From Elusimicrobiota bacterium (GTDB lineage: Bacteria; Elusimicrobiota; Elusimicrobia; UBA1565), in contig JBDRPD010000039.1 of NCBI GenBank assembly GCA_043827405.1, positions 1 through 64,000 on the forward strand: 64,000 nt of DNA. Reading direction: 5' to 3'. Every line of letters starts with the position of its first letter. Within the stretch, counting starts at the first letter, position 1. Below are positions 1-7,692 of this stretch, piece after piece. The notes under the pieces are model-generated. The model did no database searches. It was not told where the DNA came from and saw only the letters and a program-made list of their open reading frames with translations. The position numbers and the translations under genes are program-made.

Positions 1-623
1 TCAACGGCATCATCATCTCGCTTATGACTTATGCCGGGAGCAGGGGGGCGGGCTTCCCCGGTGATCCTAAAACGCGGCTGACTATCCCGGAGGCGCTGGA
101 TAACATCGAGGCCGGGACGAAAGGGCGCATCAAGAAGTACGATTTTATGCCGTTGCCTATGCCGAATCCCATGTGCGCGGCGATCGGGTACTTTCTATTC
201 ATGGACAACGAGCTGACGCCGCTGATCTCGCTCGGCGAGATCGAACAGGTGGTCGCGCATACCAAGAACGGCCACTTCGGAAAGCTGACTCCGGAGTTCG
301 GCGACTTCATCCGCGATACGATCAACGCCATCTACGCGAATCCCGACCGGTATCCGCACGCCGATAAGCTGCTGAAGAAGTTCAAGAGGCTGCTGAAGAT
401 GCTGTTCCCGGCGGACAAGGCGGTCACGGAGGAGGAGCGCACGAAGCTCATGGAGGACCATTTGCGGGTGGTCTATCTAATGCAGTTCATGGACAGCTGG
501 ACCTTCGACTCGAAGCGCTTGTCGCGGTGCAGCTGCCAGCACGTGCTCCCTGGCGGGAAGATCGTCTCCAGCTGCGGGTATTACAGCTATCACCGGCGGT
601 TTGATCCGAGGTTTATGGATTAA
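1..623 (+). CDS. Radical SAM protein, C-terminal part (MJ0619/Tes-like family); 5' end lies outside the window
   Basis: Frame is open from the window start. The C-terminal MQFMDSWTFDSKRLSRCSCQHVLPGGKIVSSCGY resembles the FMDxxxFDxxRxxxCC...GxxxPFCxYN tail of this family. The CxxxCxxC motif is not in the window. Confidence 0.65.
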   Translation, partial: NGIIISLMTYAGSRGAGFPGDPKTRLTIPEALDNIEAGTKGRIKKYDFMPLPMPNPMCAAIGYFLFMDNELTPLISLGEIEQVVAHTKNGHFGKLTPEFGDFIRDTINAIYANPDRYPHADKLLKKFKRLLKMLFPADKAVTEEERTKLMEDHLRVVYLMQFMDSWTFDSKRLSRCSCQHVLPGGKIVSSCGYYSYHRRFDPRFMD

Positions 624-753
624 GGGATAAGGATTTTATGCGATGAGGGGAAATCCCAATAAACTGGTTTCATGCTTGCTTATCGTAGCCATCTGTCGCC
701 AGGTGCGGAGAAAATCCTGACCAACAACGGACGAGTAATCTGGTAATTGCGGA

Positions 754-817
754 GCTGCCGAAGAGCGCTTCGCGCTCCTTCGGTGGCGCTCGATTTTGCT
801 GCGCAAAATGCGAGCGC
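754..817. repeat. Two adjacent GC-rich hairpins (REP-like palindromes)
   Basis: GCTGCCGAAG-AGCGC-ttc-GCGCT-c-CTTCGGTGGC (754-787) and GCGCTCG-ATTTTGC-tgc-GCAAAAT-g-CGAGCGC (786-817), each with a single-base bulge. Confidence 0.7.
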
Positions 818-847
818 TGATTTAAGCGGCAAAGGCGCCAAAATCAG

Positions 848-867
848 TCTAACACTATTCTAACACT
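848..867. repeat. Direct repeat TCTAACACT x2 (11-bp period), candidate integrase arm-type sites
   Basis: Exact 9-mer at 848-856 and 859-867, about 95 bp from the broken tRNA anticodon loop. GGTCCAA is also repeated at 872-878 and 891-897. Confidence 0.5.
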
Positions 868-961
868 TTGTGGTCCAAACGGGCCTACGGGGTCCAACGG
901 CTTCCAGCGCTCTCCGACGAGGAATTAAGAAGGGGGGAAGGCCGAGAGGGGGGATTTCGGA

Positions 962-1000
962 TTTACAGACCAGTGCATTTGACCGCTCTGCCACCCAACC
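962..1000 (-). pseudogene. tRNA-Tyr(GTA) 5' half, truncated at the anticodon loop
   Basis: Minus strand reads GGTTGGG-TG-GCAGAGCGGTCAAATGC-A-CTGGT-CTGTAAA (acceptor 5' strand, D-arm, anticodon stem 5' strand and loop). The expected ACCAG, variable arm, T-arm and CCCAACC are absent. Confidence 0.85.
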
Positions 1001-1021
1001 GAAATCGAAAAACGAAGGCCT

Positions 1022-1050
1022 ATTATAGTTTTTTCTCTGGGGGGCGGCAA
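1022..1050 (-). promoter_or_regulatory. Sigma70-type promoter for the tRNA-Tyr fragment
   Basis: Minus strand TTGCCG (1050-1045), 17-bp spacer, TATAAT (1027-1022), ending 21 nt upstream of the tRNA 5' end. Confidence 0.75.
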
Positions 1051-1183
1051 CGGCGGCTTCTGCAGTGTTCCTGCTTATTGCGCGGTTTTGGGTTCAATGG
1101 AGGCGAAGTAAGGTGGAATCCAACCTCGTCCGGCTCACTTCTTATTCTTATTTGACAGTCCAAACACACCCTAAGCGCGGGCC

Positions 1184-1228
1184 TTGACACGCGGCAAGAT
1201 GCGGTGTAATATGAATATTGGATATTCA
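1184..1228 (+). promoter_or_regulatory. Sigma70-type promoter with downstream inverted repeat (candidate operator)
   Basis: TTGACA (1184-1189), 17-bp spacer, TAATAT (1207-1212). TGAATAT-tgg-ATATTCA palindrome at 1212-1228. Confidence 0.55.
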
Positions 1229-1245
1229 AATTGCATAAACCAGCG

Positions 1246-2439
1246 ATGATCCAACGGACCCTGGCTAAAGAGCTCCGCGAGAGCGCGCGCCGCTATCCGG
1301 TTGTGACGGTGACCGGGCCGCGCCAATCGGGAAAGACCACGCTCGTGCGCTCCGAGTTCAAGCACCATGAGTACGTCTCCCTGGAGCAGCCGGACGAGCG
1401 GCGCTTCGCCTTGGAGGACCCGCGCGGCTTTCTGGGCCGGTTCAAGGATTCGGTGATCCTGGACGAGGCCCAGCGGGCTCCAGATCTCTTCTCCTACATC
1501 CAGGTCGCGGTGGACGAAGACAGCCGCCCCGGCCGCTTTATCCTGACGGGCTCGCAGAACTTCCTGCTGCTCCAGAGCATATCCCAGTCTCTGGCCGGTC
1601 GCTGCGCGGTGCGCCATCTCCTGCCGCTGTCGCTTGCGGAGCTCTCCGGCCGGCCGGCCTTGGAACCCAAGCACCTGGGCAGCAAGCTCTTCGGAGGAAA
1701 AACTCCGCGCCGGGGGCTTATGGAGACGCTTTATACCGGCTTCTACCCGCGCATCCACGACCGGAAGTTGGCGCCTCAGATATGGCTCGCCGACTACTAT
1801 CAGACCTATCTGGAACGGGACGTGCGCAACGTTCTCAAGGTGGGGGATCTGGATGCTTTTGGCCGCTTCGTCCGGCTCTGTGCGGGTCGAAACGGCCAAC
1901 TGCTGAACCTCTCGGGGCTGGCTGCGGACTGCGGTATTACGCACACCTCGGCCAAGCGCTGGCTCTCGGTTTTGCAGGCCAGCTTCCTGGTAACCTTGCT
2001 CAGACCCTACTACAAAAACTTCGGCAAGCGGATGATCAAAAGCCCCAAGCTCTACTTCCTGGACCCGGGCCTGCTGTGCTACCTGCTGCGCGTGGGCTCC
2101 TCCCAGGACCTTGAGCAGCACGCGTTGCGGGGCCCGATCTTCGAGAGTTTCGTGCTTTGCGAGCTCTACAAGAGCTTCGTTCATCGCGGAAGGCAGCCCG
2201 ATATATATTTTTGGCGCGACTCGACCGGCCATGAGGTGGACTTCCTGCTCGACTTCGGCGCTCGCCTAGTCCCGATCGAGGCCAAGTCGGGGCAGACGAT
2301 CGCGGGAGACTTCTTCGACGCGCTGGAGCGCTGGCGGGCCCTTGCGGGGCGCAAAGACGGCCCCGCAGCCTTGGTCTATGGAGGGGGTGAAAGCTTCCGC
2401 CGTCGCGGCGTTGCGGTCCATCCTTGGTTCGGACTGTAG
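1246..2439 (+). CDS. ATP-binding protein (AAA_14 + DUF4143 type)
   Basis: Walker A GPRQSGKTT, Walker B ILDEAQ, ILTGS, KSPKLYFLDPG, and the C-terminal FWRDSTGHEVDF...PIEAKSG PD-(D/E)xK-like motif. ATG 1246 preferred over TTG 1231. Confidence 0.9.
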   Translation: MIQRTLAKELRESARRYPVVTVTGPRQSGKTTLVRSEFKHHEYVSLEQPDERRFALEDPRGFLGRFKDSVILDEAQRAPDLFSYIQVAVDEDSRPGRFILTGSQNFLLLQSISQSLAGRCAVRHLLPLSLAELSGRPALEPKHLGSKLFGGKTPRRGLMETLYTGFYPRIHDRKLAPQIWLADYYQTYLERDVRNVLKVGDLDAFGRFVRLCAGRNGQLLNLSGLAADCGITHTSAKRWLSVLQASFLVTLLRPYYKNFGKRMIKSPKLYFLDPGLLCYLLRVGSSQDLEQHALRGPIFESFVLCELYKSFVHRGRQPDIYFWRDSTGHEVDFLLDFGARLVPIEAKSGQTIAGDFFDALERWRALAGRKDGPAALVYGGGESFRRRGVAVHPWFGL

Positions 2440-2527
2440 TTCCGATCAGGGGGGTGTTGGCCGCTCTGCATGCAACCCTCCAGCATCAGCCGAGCATACA
2501 TCGCCCAACAATAAAATATGATGGGGT

Positions 2528-3706
2528 ATGCCGAACCTTCTTAAGGGCGCAAACACCAAACCCGTCCACCTCGCCCTCGCCCGTAACCTCGTCCGCGACC
2601 TCAAGCGCGGCCACCCCTGGGTCTACCGCGACGCCCTTAAAGACCTTCCCGCCGCCGCCGCCGGCTCTCCCGCCGTCTTATCCCACGGCAAGCGAGCCGT
2701 GGCCGCACGCGGCTATTACGATCCCCAGAGCCCCCTGGCCTTTCGCTCCTGCGCGGTAGATGACGAGGAGCTCGACGAGACCTGGGCAATAGGCCGCCTT
2801 AACCGTGCCCTCGACATAAGACGCCGCCTATTCACAGAAGACACCACCACCGCTTACCGGGTGCTCAACGGCGAGGGCGACGGCGTCCCGGGACTTATTC
2901 TCGATCGCTACGGAGACTACGGCGTCATGCAGCTCGACGGCGCGGGGCCGGAAGGCTTTTGGAATGCTAAGGGAATAGCCGGCTGGGCCGTCGAGAATTT
3001 AGGTCTCAAGCACGTTATACAAAAACCAAGAACATGCCCCGCCGTTGCCCTGGCCGGCAAGCTGCCGCAACAGGAGGTCGCCATCACCGAAGACGGCGTG
3101 AAGTTTTTCGTCGATCTAATCAACGGCCAGAAGACCGGCTTCTTTCTCGATCAGCGGGAGAACAGAAAACGAATCGGCGAGCTCTCAGCAGGACGCACCG
3201 TGCTCAACCTATTCGGCTATACCGGCGGCTTCTCGGTCTATGCCGGTCTCGGAGGAGCAGCGGAAGTAGCGACGGTCGATATCGCCAAGCCCGCCGTCGC
3301 GGCGGCTGAGCGCAACTGGAAACTTAACGGATTAAACCCCGCAGCCCATAGCGCGGTCGCCTCCGACGCCTTCGAGTTTTTAAAGAACAAGCGGATCTGG
3401 GACATCGTCGTGGCCGATCCGCCGTCATTCGCGCCCTCCAAGGACAAGGTCCCGCAGGCTAAATCCGCCTATACCAAGCTTATCGAGGCCGCCGCCGGGG
3501 CCTGCAAGCGCGGCGGTCTGCTCGCCGTTTCTTCCTGCTCGAGCCATATCCCGGGCGAGATGTTTCTTGAGCTCTGCGTACAGGCCGTGTCGCAGGCGCG
3601 GCGCCGCGCAACGGTCCTCAGCGTCTACGGACAGCCGCCGGACCATCCCTACCCTCTGGCCTGCCCGGAGCTGCGCTACCTGAAGTTCGTGCTGCTGGCG
3701 GTCTAG
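2528..3706 (+). CDS. Class I SAM-dependent rRNA methyltransferase (RlmI/RlmK family)
   Basis: PUA-like GHPWVYRD, NGEGDGVPGL, GQKTGFFLDQRENR, VLNLFGYTGGF, DPPSF, SSCS, DHP...YLK. Confidence 0.9.
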   Translation: MPNLLKGANTKPVHLALARNLVRDLKRGHPWVYRDALKDLPAAAAGSPAVLSHGKRAVAARGYYDPQSPLAFRSCAVDDEELDETWAIGRLNRALDIRRRLFTEDTTTAYRVLNGEGDGVPGLILDRYGDYGVMQLDGAGPEGFWNAKGIAGWAVENLGLKHVIQKPRTCPAVALAGKLPQQEVAITEDGVKFFVDLINGQKTGFFLDQRENRKRIGELSAGRTVLNLFGYTGGFSVYAGLGGAAEVATVDIAKPAVAAAERNWKLNGLNPAAHSAVASDAFEFLKNKRIWDIVVADPPSFAPSKDKVPQAKSAYTKLIEAAAGACKRGGLLAVSSCSSHIPGEMFLELCVQAVSQARRRATVLSVYGQPPDHPYPLACPELRYLKFVLLAV

Positions 3707-3747
3707 GCGCGGCGTCCCGGCGCCCGCTGGCCTAGTCTCTTATCGAG

Positions 3748-4188
3748 CTAGCCCAGCTCGTCGTAGCGCTCTTGGCCGGTGGTTTTGACCAGCTCGGCGA
3801 TATCCGGGTTCTGCTCCAGCAGCTCGGTGAAATCCTCTTTCTCGAGAACGAAGCACTGCGTCGGCTCGACGCAGGTGACGGTGGCGGTGCGCGGCTGATG
3901 CAGGATGAGCGCCAGCTCGCCGAAGAACTTGCCCGGCCCCAAGGTATTGAGCAGGCGCTTGCCGCCGAAAAAACCGGGAACCTTCACCTCGACTTTTACC
4001 TTGCCGGAGTAGATGGCGAAAAAAGCGTCGCCGGTGCCGCCCTCTTCGATCACGACGGTCCCCGCGTCCAAGTTGTAGAGCTTCATGATCGGGAGCAGCT
4101 TCTCGGCCTGCTCCGGGTTCAGGCCGGCGAAGAGCGGCAGGCTGCGCAGCATCAGCGTCAGGAACCGGGTCTCTTCAGTACCAGACAT
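3748..4188 (-). CDS. Cyclic nucleotide-binding domain protein
   Basis: LPLFAGL, VIEEGGTGDAFFAIYSGKV, FFGELALILHQPRTATV (phosphate-binding cassette). Start could be 4188, 4197 or 4209. Confidence 0.85.
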   Translation of the reverse strand: MSGTEETRFLTLMLRSLPLFAGLNPEQAEKLLPIMKLYNLDAGTVVIEEGGTGDAFFAIYSGKVKVEVKVPGFFGGKRLLNTLGPGKFFGELALILHQPRTATVTCVEPTQCFVLEKEDFTELLEQNPDIAELVKTTGQERYDELG

Positions 4189-5302
4189 CGCGCCCATGCC
4201 TCTTCTCAAGGTCCCGCATATAGCGGATCAGCCCGCGCAGATTCTTCTCGAAGGCCTTGTCCGGCCGGGAGGTGTTCCCCGCATGCTCGAAGCGCTTGAC
4301 CAGCCCCAGCTCGTCCATGGTCCCGGCGCGGTCCGCCTTGAAGTCTTTAGCGAGCTGCACCAGGGCGTCGTAGTGCATGCGGTAAAAGCGCGTGATCTTC
4401 AGGTCCTTGGTTAGGAAGGTCATCCCCGAGGTGGGAAAGCGCATGAAGCCCGAGCCGTTGTCGAGCATGAGCAGGCTGGCGCTGGGCAGCAGGTAGCGGC
4501 CGTCCCCTTCTTCGATATAGCGCTCTTCGAGCGAGAACAGGTGCACGTTGCCGCCGGCGAAGCGGTCCGAGTTGCCGATGAGGGCGTCGACGATCAGGAT
4601 GCCGGTGAACTGCTCGATAAGGTGCTTGTAGGTGATCTGGGCGCGATAGCAGCCGGCCGGCTGGTAAATCTGCGTGCATTGGCTCAGCTCGAAGACTTCC
4701 TGGTCGGCGATGGGACCGTCATGACGCATATAGGTGTAGATCGGATGCTCGAGGACCGACTCGATGCGGCCGAGTCCTTCGTAGAGGACCAAGGGGGACA
4801 TCCAGGTTTTGAACGCACCGTCGAGCGCGGCGTAATCGTTGAGCCGGTCGACCATGGCTTGGCGGTACTGTTCCTTGAGCGTGTAGTGGTTCTCATGCCG
4901 CGAATCCTCGGGAGCGGCGAAGGATTTCCGCTCCAGCATCTCGCTGAAGTGAAAGAGCGTGACATGATCGAGCGTCTTCTTTACCGTAGGCAGGCATACC
5001 GGCAGGTCGAGGCGGCGGCATAGGCGGTAGGCGACGAGCTCGGAGATATGCGAGGTGTTGCCGCTGGTGGGCTTGAATATCCCGATGGCCCGCTCATCGG
5101 CATCCTTCACCTTGATGATCATCGATGAGCCTTCGAGGTCGCCCATCAAGGATAGGATATTGTCCGAATCGTTGATATCGAAGGCGCGGAGAATCCTCTC
5201 GTGCTCGGTGAAGTAAACGGCCTCGTCCACCATCTCTTGGGCGCGGGCGGGGAGGGCGGCGCTCAGGAACAGGAGCGCGAGAATGCGGGCGCGGCGCGGC
5301 AT
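4175..5302 (-). CDS. Secreted atypical kinase-fold protein (Fam20C/Four-jointed/PI3_4-kinase-like)
   Basis: Signal peptide MPRRARILALLFLSAALPARA. Motifs IFKP (Lys), SELVAY (Glu), DALIGNSDRF and LDNGSGF. Confidence 0.65.
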   Translation of the reverse strand: MPRRARILALLFLSAALPARAQEMVDEAVYFTEHERILRAFDINDSDNILSLMGDLEGSSMIIKVKDADERAIGIFKPTSGNTSHISELVAYRLCRRLDLPVCLPTVKKTLDHVTLFHFSEMLERKSFAAPEDSRHENHYTLKEQYRQAMVDRLNDYAALDGAFKTWMSPLVLYEGLGRIESVLEHPIYTYMRHDGPIADQEVFELSQCTQIYQPAGCYRAQITYKHLIEQFTGILIVDALIGNSDRFAGGNVHLFSLEERYIEEGDGRYLLPSASLLMLDNGSGFMRFPTSGMTFLTKDLKITRFYRMHYDALVQLAKDFKADRAGTMDELGLVKRFEHAGNTSRPDKAFEKNLRGLIRYMRDLEKRHGRDVWY

Positions 5303-5322
5303 GTTCGCGGCATTATACTTTT

Positions 5323-6390
5323 TCAATCAAAGAGGACGACGGCGAGAACGATTACGAGATAAAAGAGGTGCATGATAACGGCGGCGGCCGAGAGCAGCCG
5401 CGCGACGAAACCCCATAGGACGTCGCCGGCGTTCCAGGCGCAGCGCCATAGGGCGATCGACGCCCAGATGCCGTAGAGCAGAAACAGCGGGAAGGGCAGG
5501 AAAACGACGAAATTGTCTTTGTGGCGCAGGATCATGAGCAGGTACAGGAGCTGCGGCGCCATGAACCAGCCCCAGAAGACGCGCGGCAGCCGCTCCTCGC
5601 CGCGCCAGCAGCGGCCCGCATGGCGCTTGAACCGGGCGAGCCAGTAGTCCGCCTCTTTGATGAGCTGTACGAAGAGCGGCGGCGGCGTGACTTTGCCGCT
5701 GCCCGGGGCCGCCAGCGGGAAGAAGGCGAGCACCGCCCAGGCAAGAAGCAGCCCAGAGCCCTGAAACGACGGCGGCGGTCTGAGTGCCGGCAGGGACAGC
5801 GCCAGCAGGCAGGTCAGCATGACCAGCGTCCAGCGCAGGTGCCGGTCCGGAACCAGCCGCACCGGATGCGGTTCGCGCGCCAGGCTGCGCAGCGCGGGAT
5901 AGAGGGTGATGAGCTGGACGAAAAAGAAGAACAGCGCGAACTGCATCGACATATTGTGCAGCGCATGGGCGAAGATCGCGGCGATCAGCCCCTCGCGCAG
6001 AAACAGCAGGCAGGCGATAAAAGCCGAGAGGGTCCGCACCATGATAAGGTTCGCGTTCAGCGTCTCATGCGCGGAGACAAACAGCGCCGCGGTCGCCGCG
6101 GCGGCGAGCCAGAACGCCCAGTCCCTGGTGCGGCGGTACGATACCAGCAGGGTATAGGCGGTGCAGAACAGCCCGCCGCGGACAAGGATTTCCTCAACCG
6201 TGGGCAGGTAGAGATTGGTGACAATGAAGTCGGGGACCGGCGCTTTGAAAATCGGCGCCGTGGAATAGTTGCTGGGCGCGCGCCATATTTCTTCCGGGGC
6301 GGTCAGTCGCAGGAACAGATAGGCGAAGTAGTTGACGCAGTTATAGACCCAGGCTGCGCGCAGGGCCCGCCATAGCCCGGCGGCGCTCAA
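5323..6390 (-). CDS. CPBP/Abi (type II CAAX) intramembrane glutamic endopeptidase with C-terminal membrane extension
   Basis: EEILVRG, FVSAH and AHALHN motifs; many TM segments. Confidence 0.75.
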   Translation of the reverse strand: MSAAGLWRALRAAWVYNCVNYFAYLFLRLTAPEEIWRAPSNYSTAPIFKAPVPDFIVTNLYLPTVEEILVRGGLFCTAYTLLVSYRRTRDWAFWLAAAATAALFVSAHETLNANLIMVRTLSAFIACLLFLREGLIAAIFAHALHNMSMQFALFFFFVQLITLYPALRSLAREPHPVRLVPDRHLRWTLVMLTCLLALSLPALRPPPSFQGSGLLLAWAVLAFFPLAAPGSGKVTPPPLFVQLIKEADYWLARFKRHAGRCWRGEERLPRVFWGWFMAPQLLYLLMILRHKDNFVVFLPFPLFLLYGIWASIALWRCAWNAGDVLWGFVARLLSAAAVIMHLFYLVIVLAVVLFD

Positions 6391-6749
6391 GACTGTGCGT
6401 TATCGGGCGCGTTCTGCCATTCGTCGAGGAAGCGGTTGAGCTTTTCCACCTCGCCCTTGTCGAACCACATGCCGCCGCATTTGGCGCAGGCCTCAAAGGG
6501 CAGGGAGGCGCGTTCGAAGGTCGTCTGGATCATGCGCTCGCCGTCGCGCGGGCACTTAAAGTCGGTTTCCGCGGCCTTGCTGTAGGCTTCTTTGAAAGCC
6601 GCGAAGAACTTTGTCGGATTCTTGATCTTGGCATAAATCTCCTGCTGGTCGAACCATACGCCGCCGCAGTCCGCGCAGCGGTCGGTTTCCAGCAGAAAGT
6701 TGTCCTGTTTCGGCGCCAGCTCGGATGAAGCGCATTTTGGGCATTTCAT
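6387..6749 (-). CDS. Double zinc-ribbon (zf-TFIIB-like) protein
   Basis: Two repeats: CPKC...CADCGGVWFD and CPRD...CAKCGGMWFDKGE. Confidence 0.85.
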   Translation of the reverse strand: MKCPKCASSELAPKQDNFLLETDRCADCGGVWFDQQEIYAKIKNPTKFFAAFKEAYSKAAETDFKCPRDGERMIQTTFERASLPFEACAKCGGMWFDKGEVEKLNRFLDEWQNAPDNAQS

Positions 6750-6852
6750 AGGGTTCCCTCCGGGGCAGTATAGCCGATTTTACCGCTTTTCTTTACCTAA
6801 ACATTACCTTCCCGTAACAGGAAAAAGACGGGCAGGCGGCATCCTATCAGGG

Positions 6853-7647
6853 ATGAAGTACCTCGCCGCCCTCGCCCTGCTCCTGGCCGCTTCGGCCGTC
6901 GACGCGGCCGATCCCCGGCGCTACGGCAGCGGTGTCGATCCGAATATCAAGCGCGGTCTCGATCATATCAGCGGCTCGGGTGAGGACGGCGCGGCCATGG
7001 TCGAGTATATCCGGCAGGATCGCGTGCCGATGAACTGGGGAGAGACGCCGCCCGGGGTGGCGGGCTTCTACCGCACCACGAAGAAGTTCGACTTCCAGGG
7101 CCGGCAGATTGAGAACCGGTCGAAGATCGTCCTGGGTGAAGAGGAGCGGAACAAATCATCCGCCGAGATCGGCGAGCTGATCTATCATGAATACGTGCAC
7201 CGGGCCCAGGATGAGAGCGGCTACCGCATGGCGGACGGCGGGCTGGGCCACTCCGAGGAAGGCTATAACGAAGCGCTGGAATATGTCCGCGGACGGACGG
7301 GCGGGGGGGATGTGGCGAATGCTCCCCGGGCCCAGCTGCGCCGTATCTCTTTCGTTGACAGCGGCGTGCGCGGCGCCGCTTTGCGCAGCCTGCCTTCTTT
7401 CAACGCCTTCACCCGCGCAACGGGACGCAGCGGCGCCATGCGCCAGGTGCGCTCGCTGGGCAGCCGCTTGACTTCGCGGATCCGCTCGGGCGGCGGGACG
7501 CGCAGCGCCGTTCGGGCTCCGGTCCGCCGGGTAATGCGCAGCACGTCCGGCCTGGTCAGCCGCTCCCGCGGCGTTCCTTCCGGAGCGGCGGCGGCCGCGC
7601 GCGGAACCTCCGCCCGGGCCGGCCGCACTTTCCGCGCCGCCTATTAA
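6853..7647 (+). CDS. Secreted hypothetical protein with HExxH motif and Arg-rich tail
   Basis: Signal peptide MKYLAALALLLAASAVDA; IYHEYVHRAQ...SEE; the C-terminal ~90 aa are rich in R/S/A/G. Confidence 0.6.
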   Translation: MKYLAALALLLAASAVDAADPRRYGSGVDPNIKRGLDHISGSGEDGAAMVEYIRQDRVPMNWGETPPGVAGFYRTTKKFDFQGRQIENRSKIVLGEEERNKSSAEIGELIYHEYVHRAQDESGYRMADGGLGHSEEGYNEALEYVRGRTGGGDVANAPRAQLRRISFVDSGVRGAALRSLPSFNAFTRATGRSGAMRQVRSLGSRLTSRIRSGGGTRSAVRAPVRRVMRSTSGLVSRSRGVPSGAAAAARGTSARAGRTFRAAY

Positions 7648-7692
7648 GAGCGCGGCGTTGACACCCGTCGCGCGAAAAGATGCAATGGGACC

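Noticed and set aside
930..1000. Intact tRNA-Tyr, or an intron-containing tRNA completed within the window
   Set aside because: The anticodon stem and acceptor stem cannot close. I found no matching 3' half between 1 and 960; the AAACCAG near 664-670 is not followed by a T-arm.
1246..2439. AAA_14/DUF4143 ATPase as a novel defence system
   Set aside because: It is a very common stand-alone family, and no partner genes here support a system.
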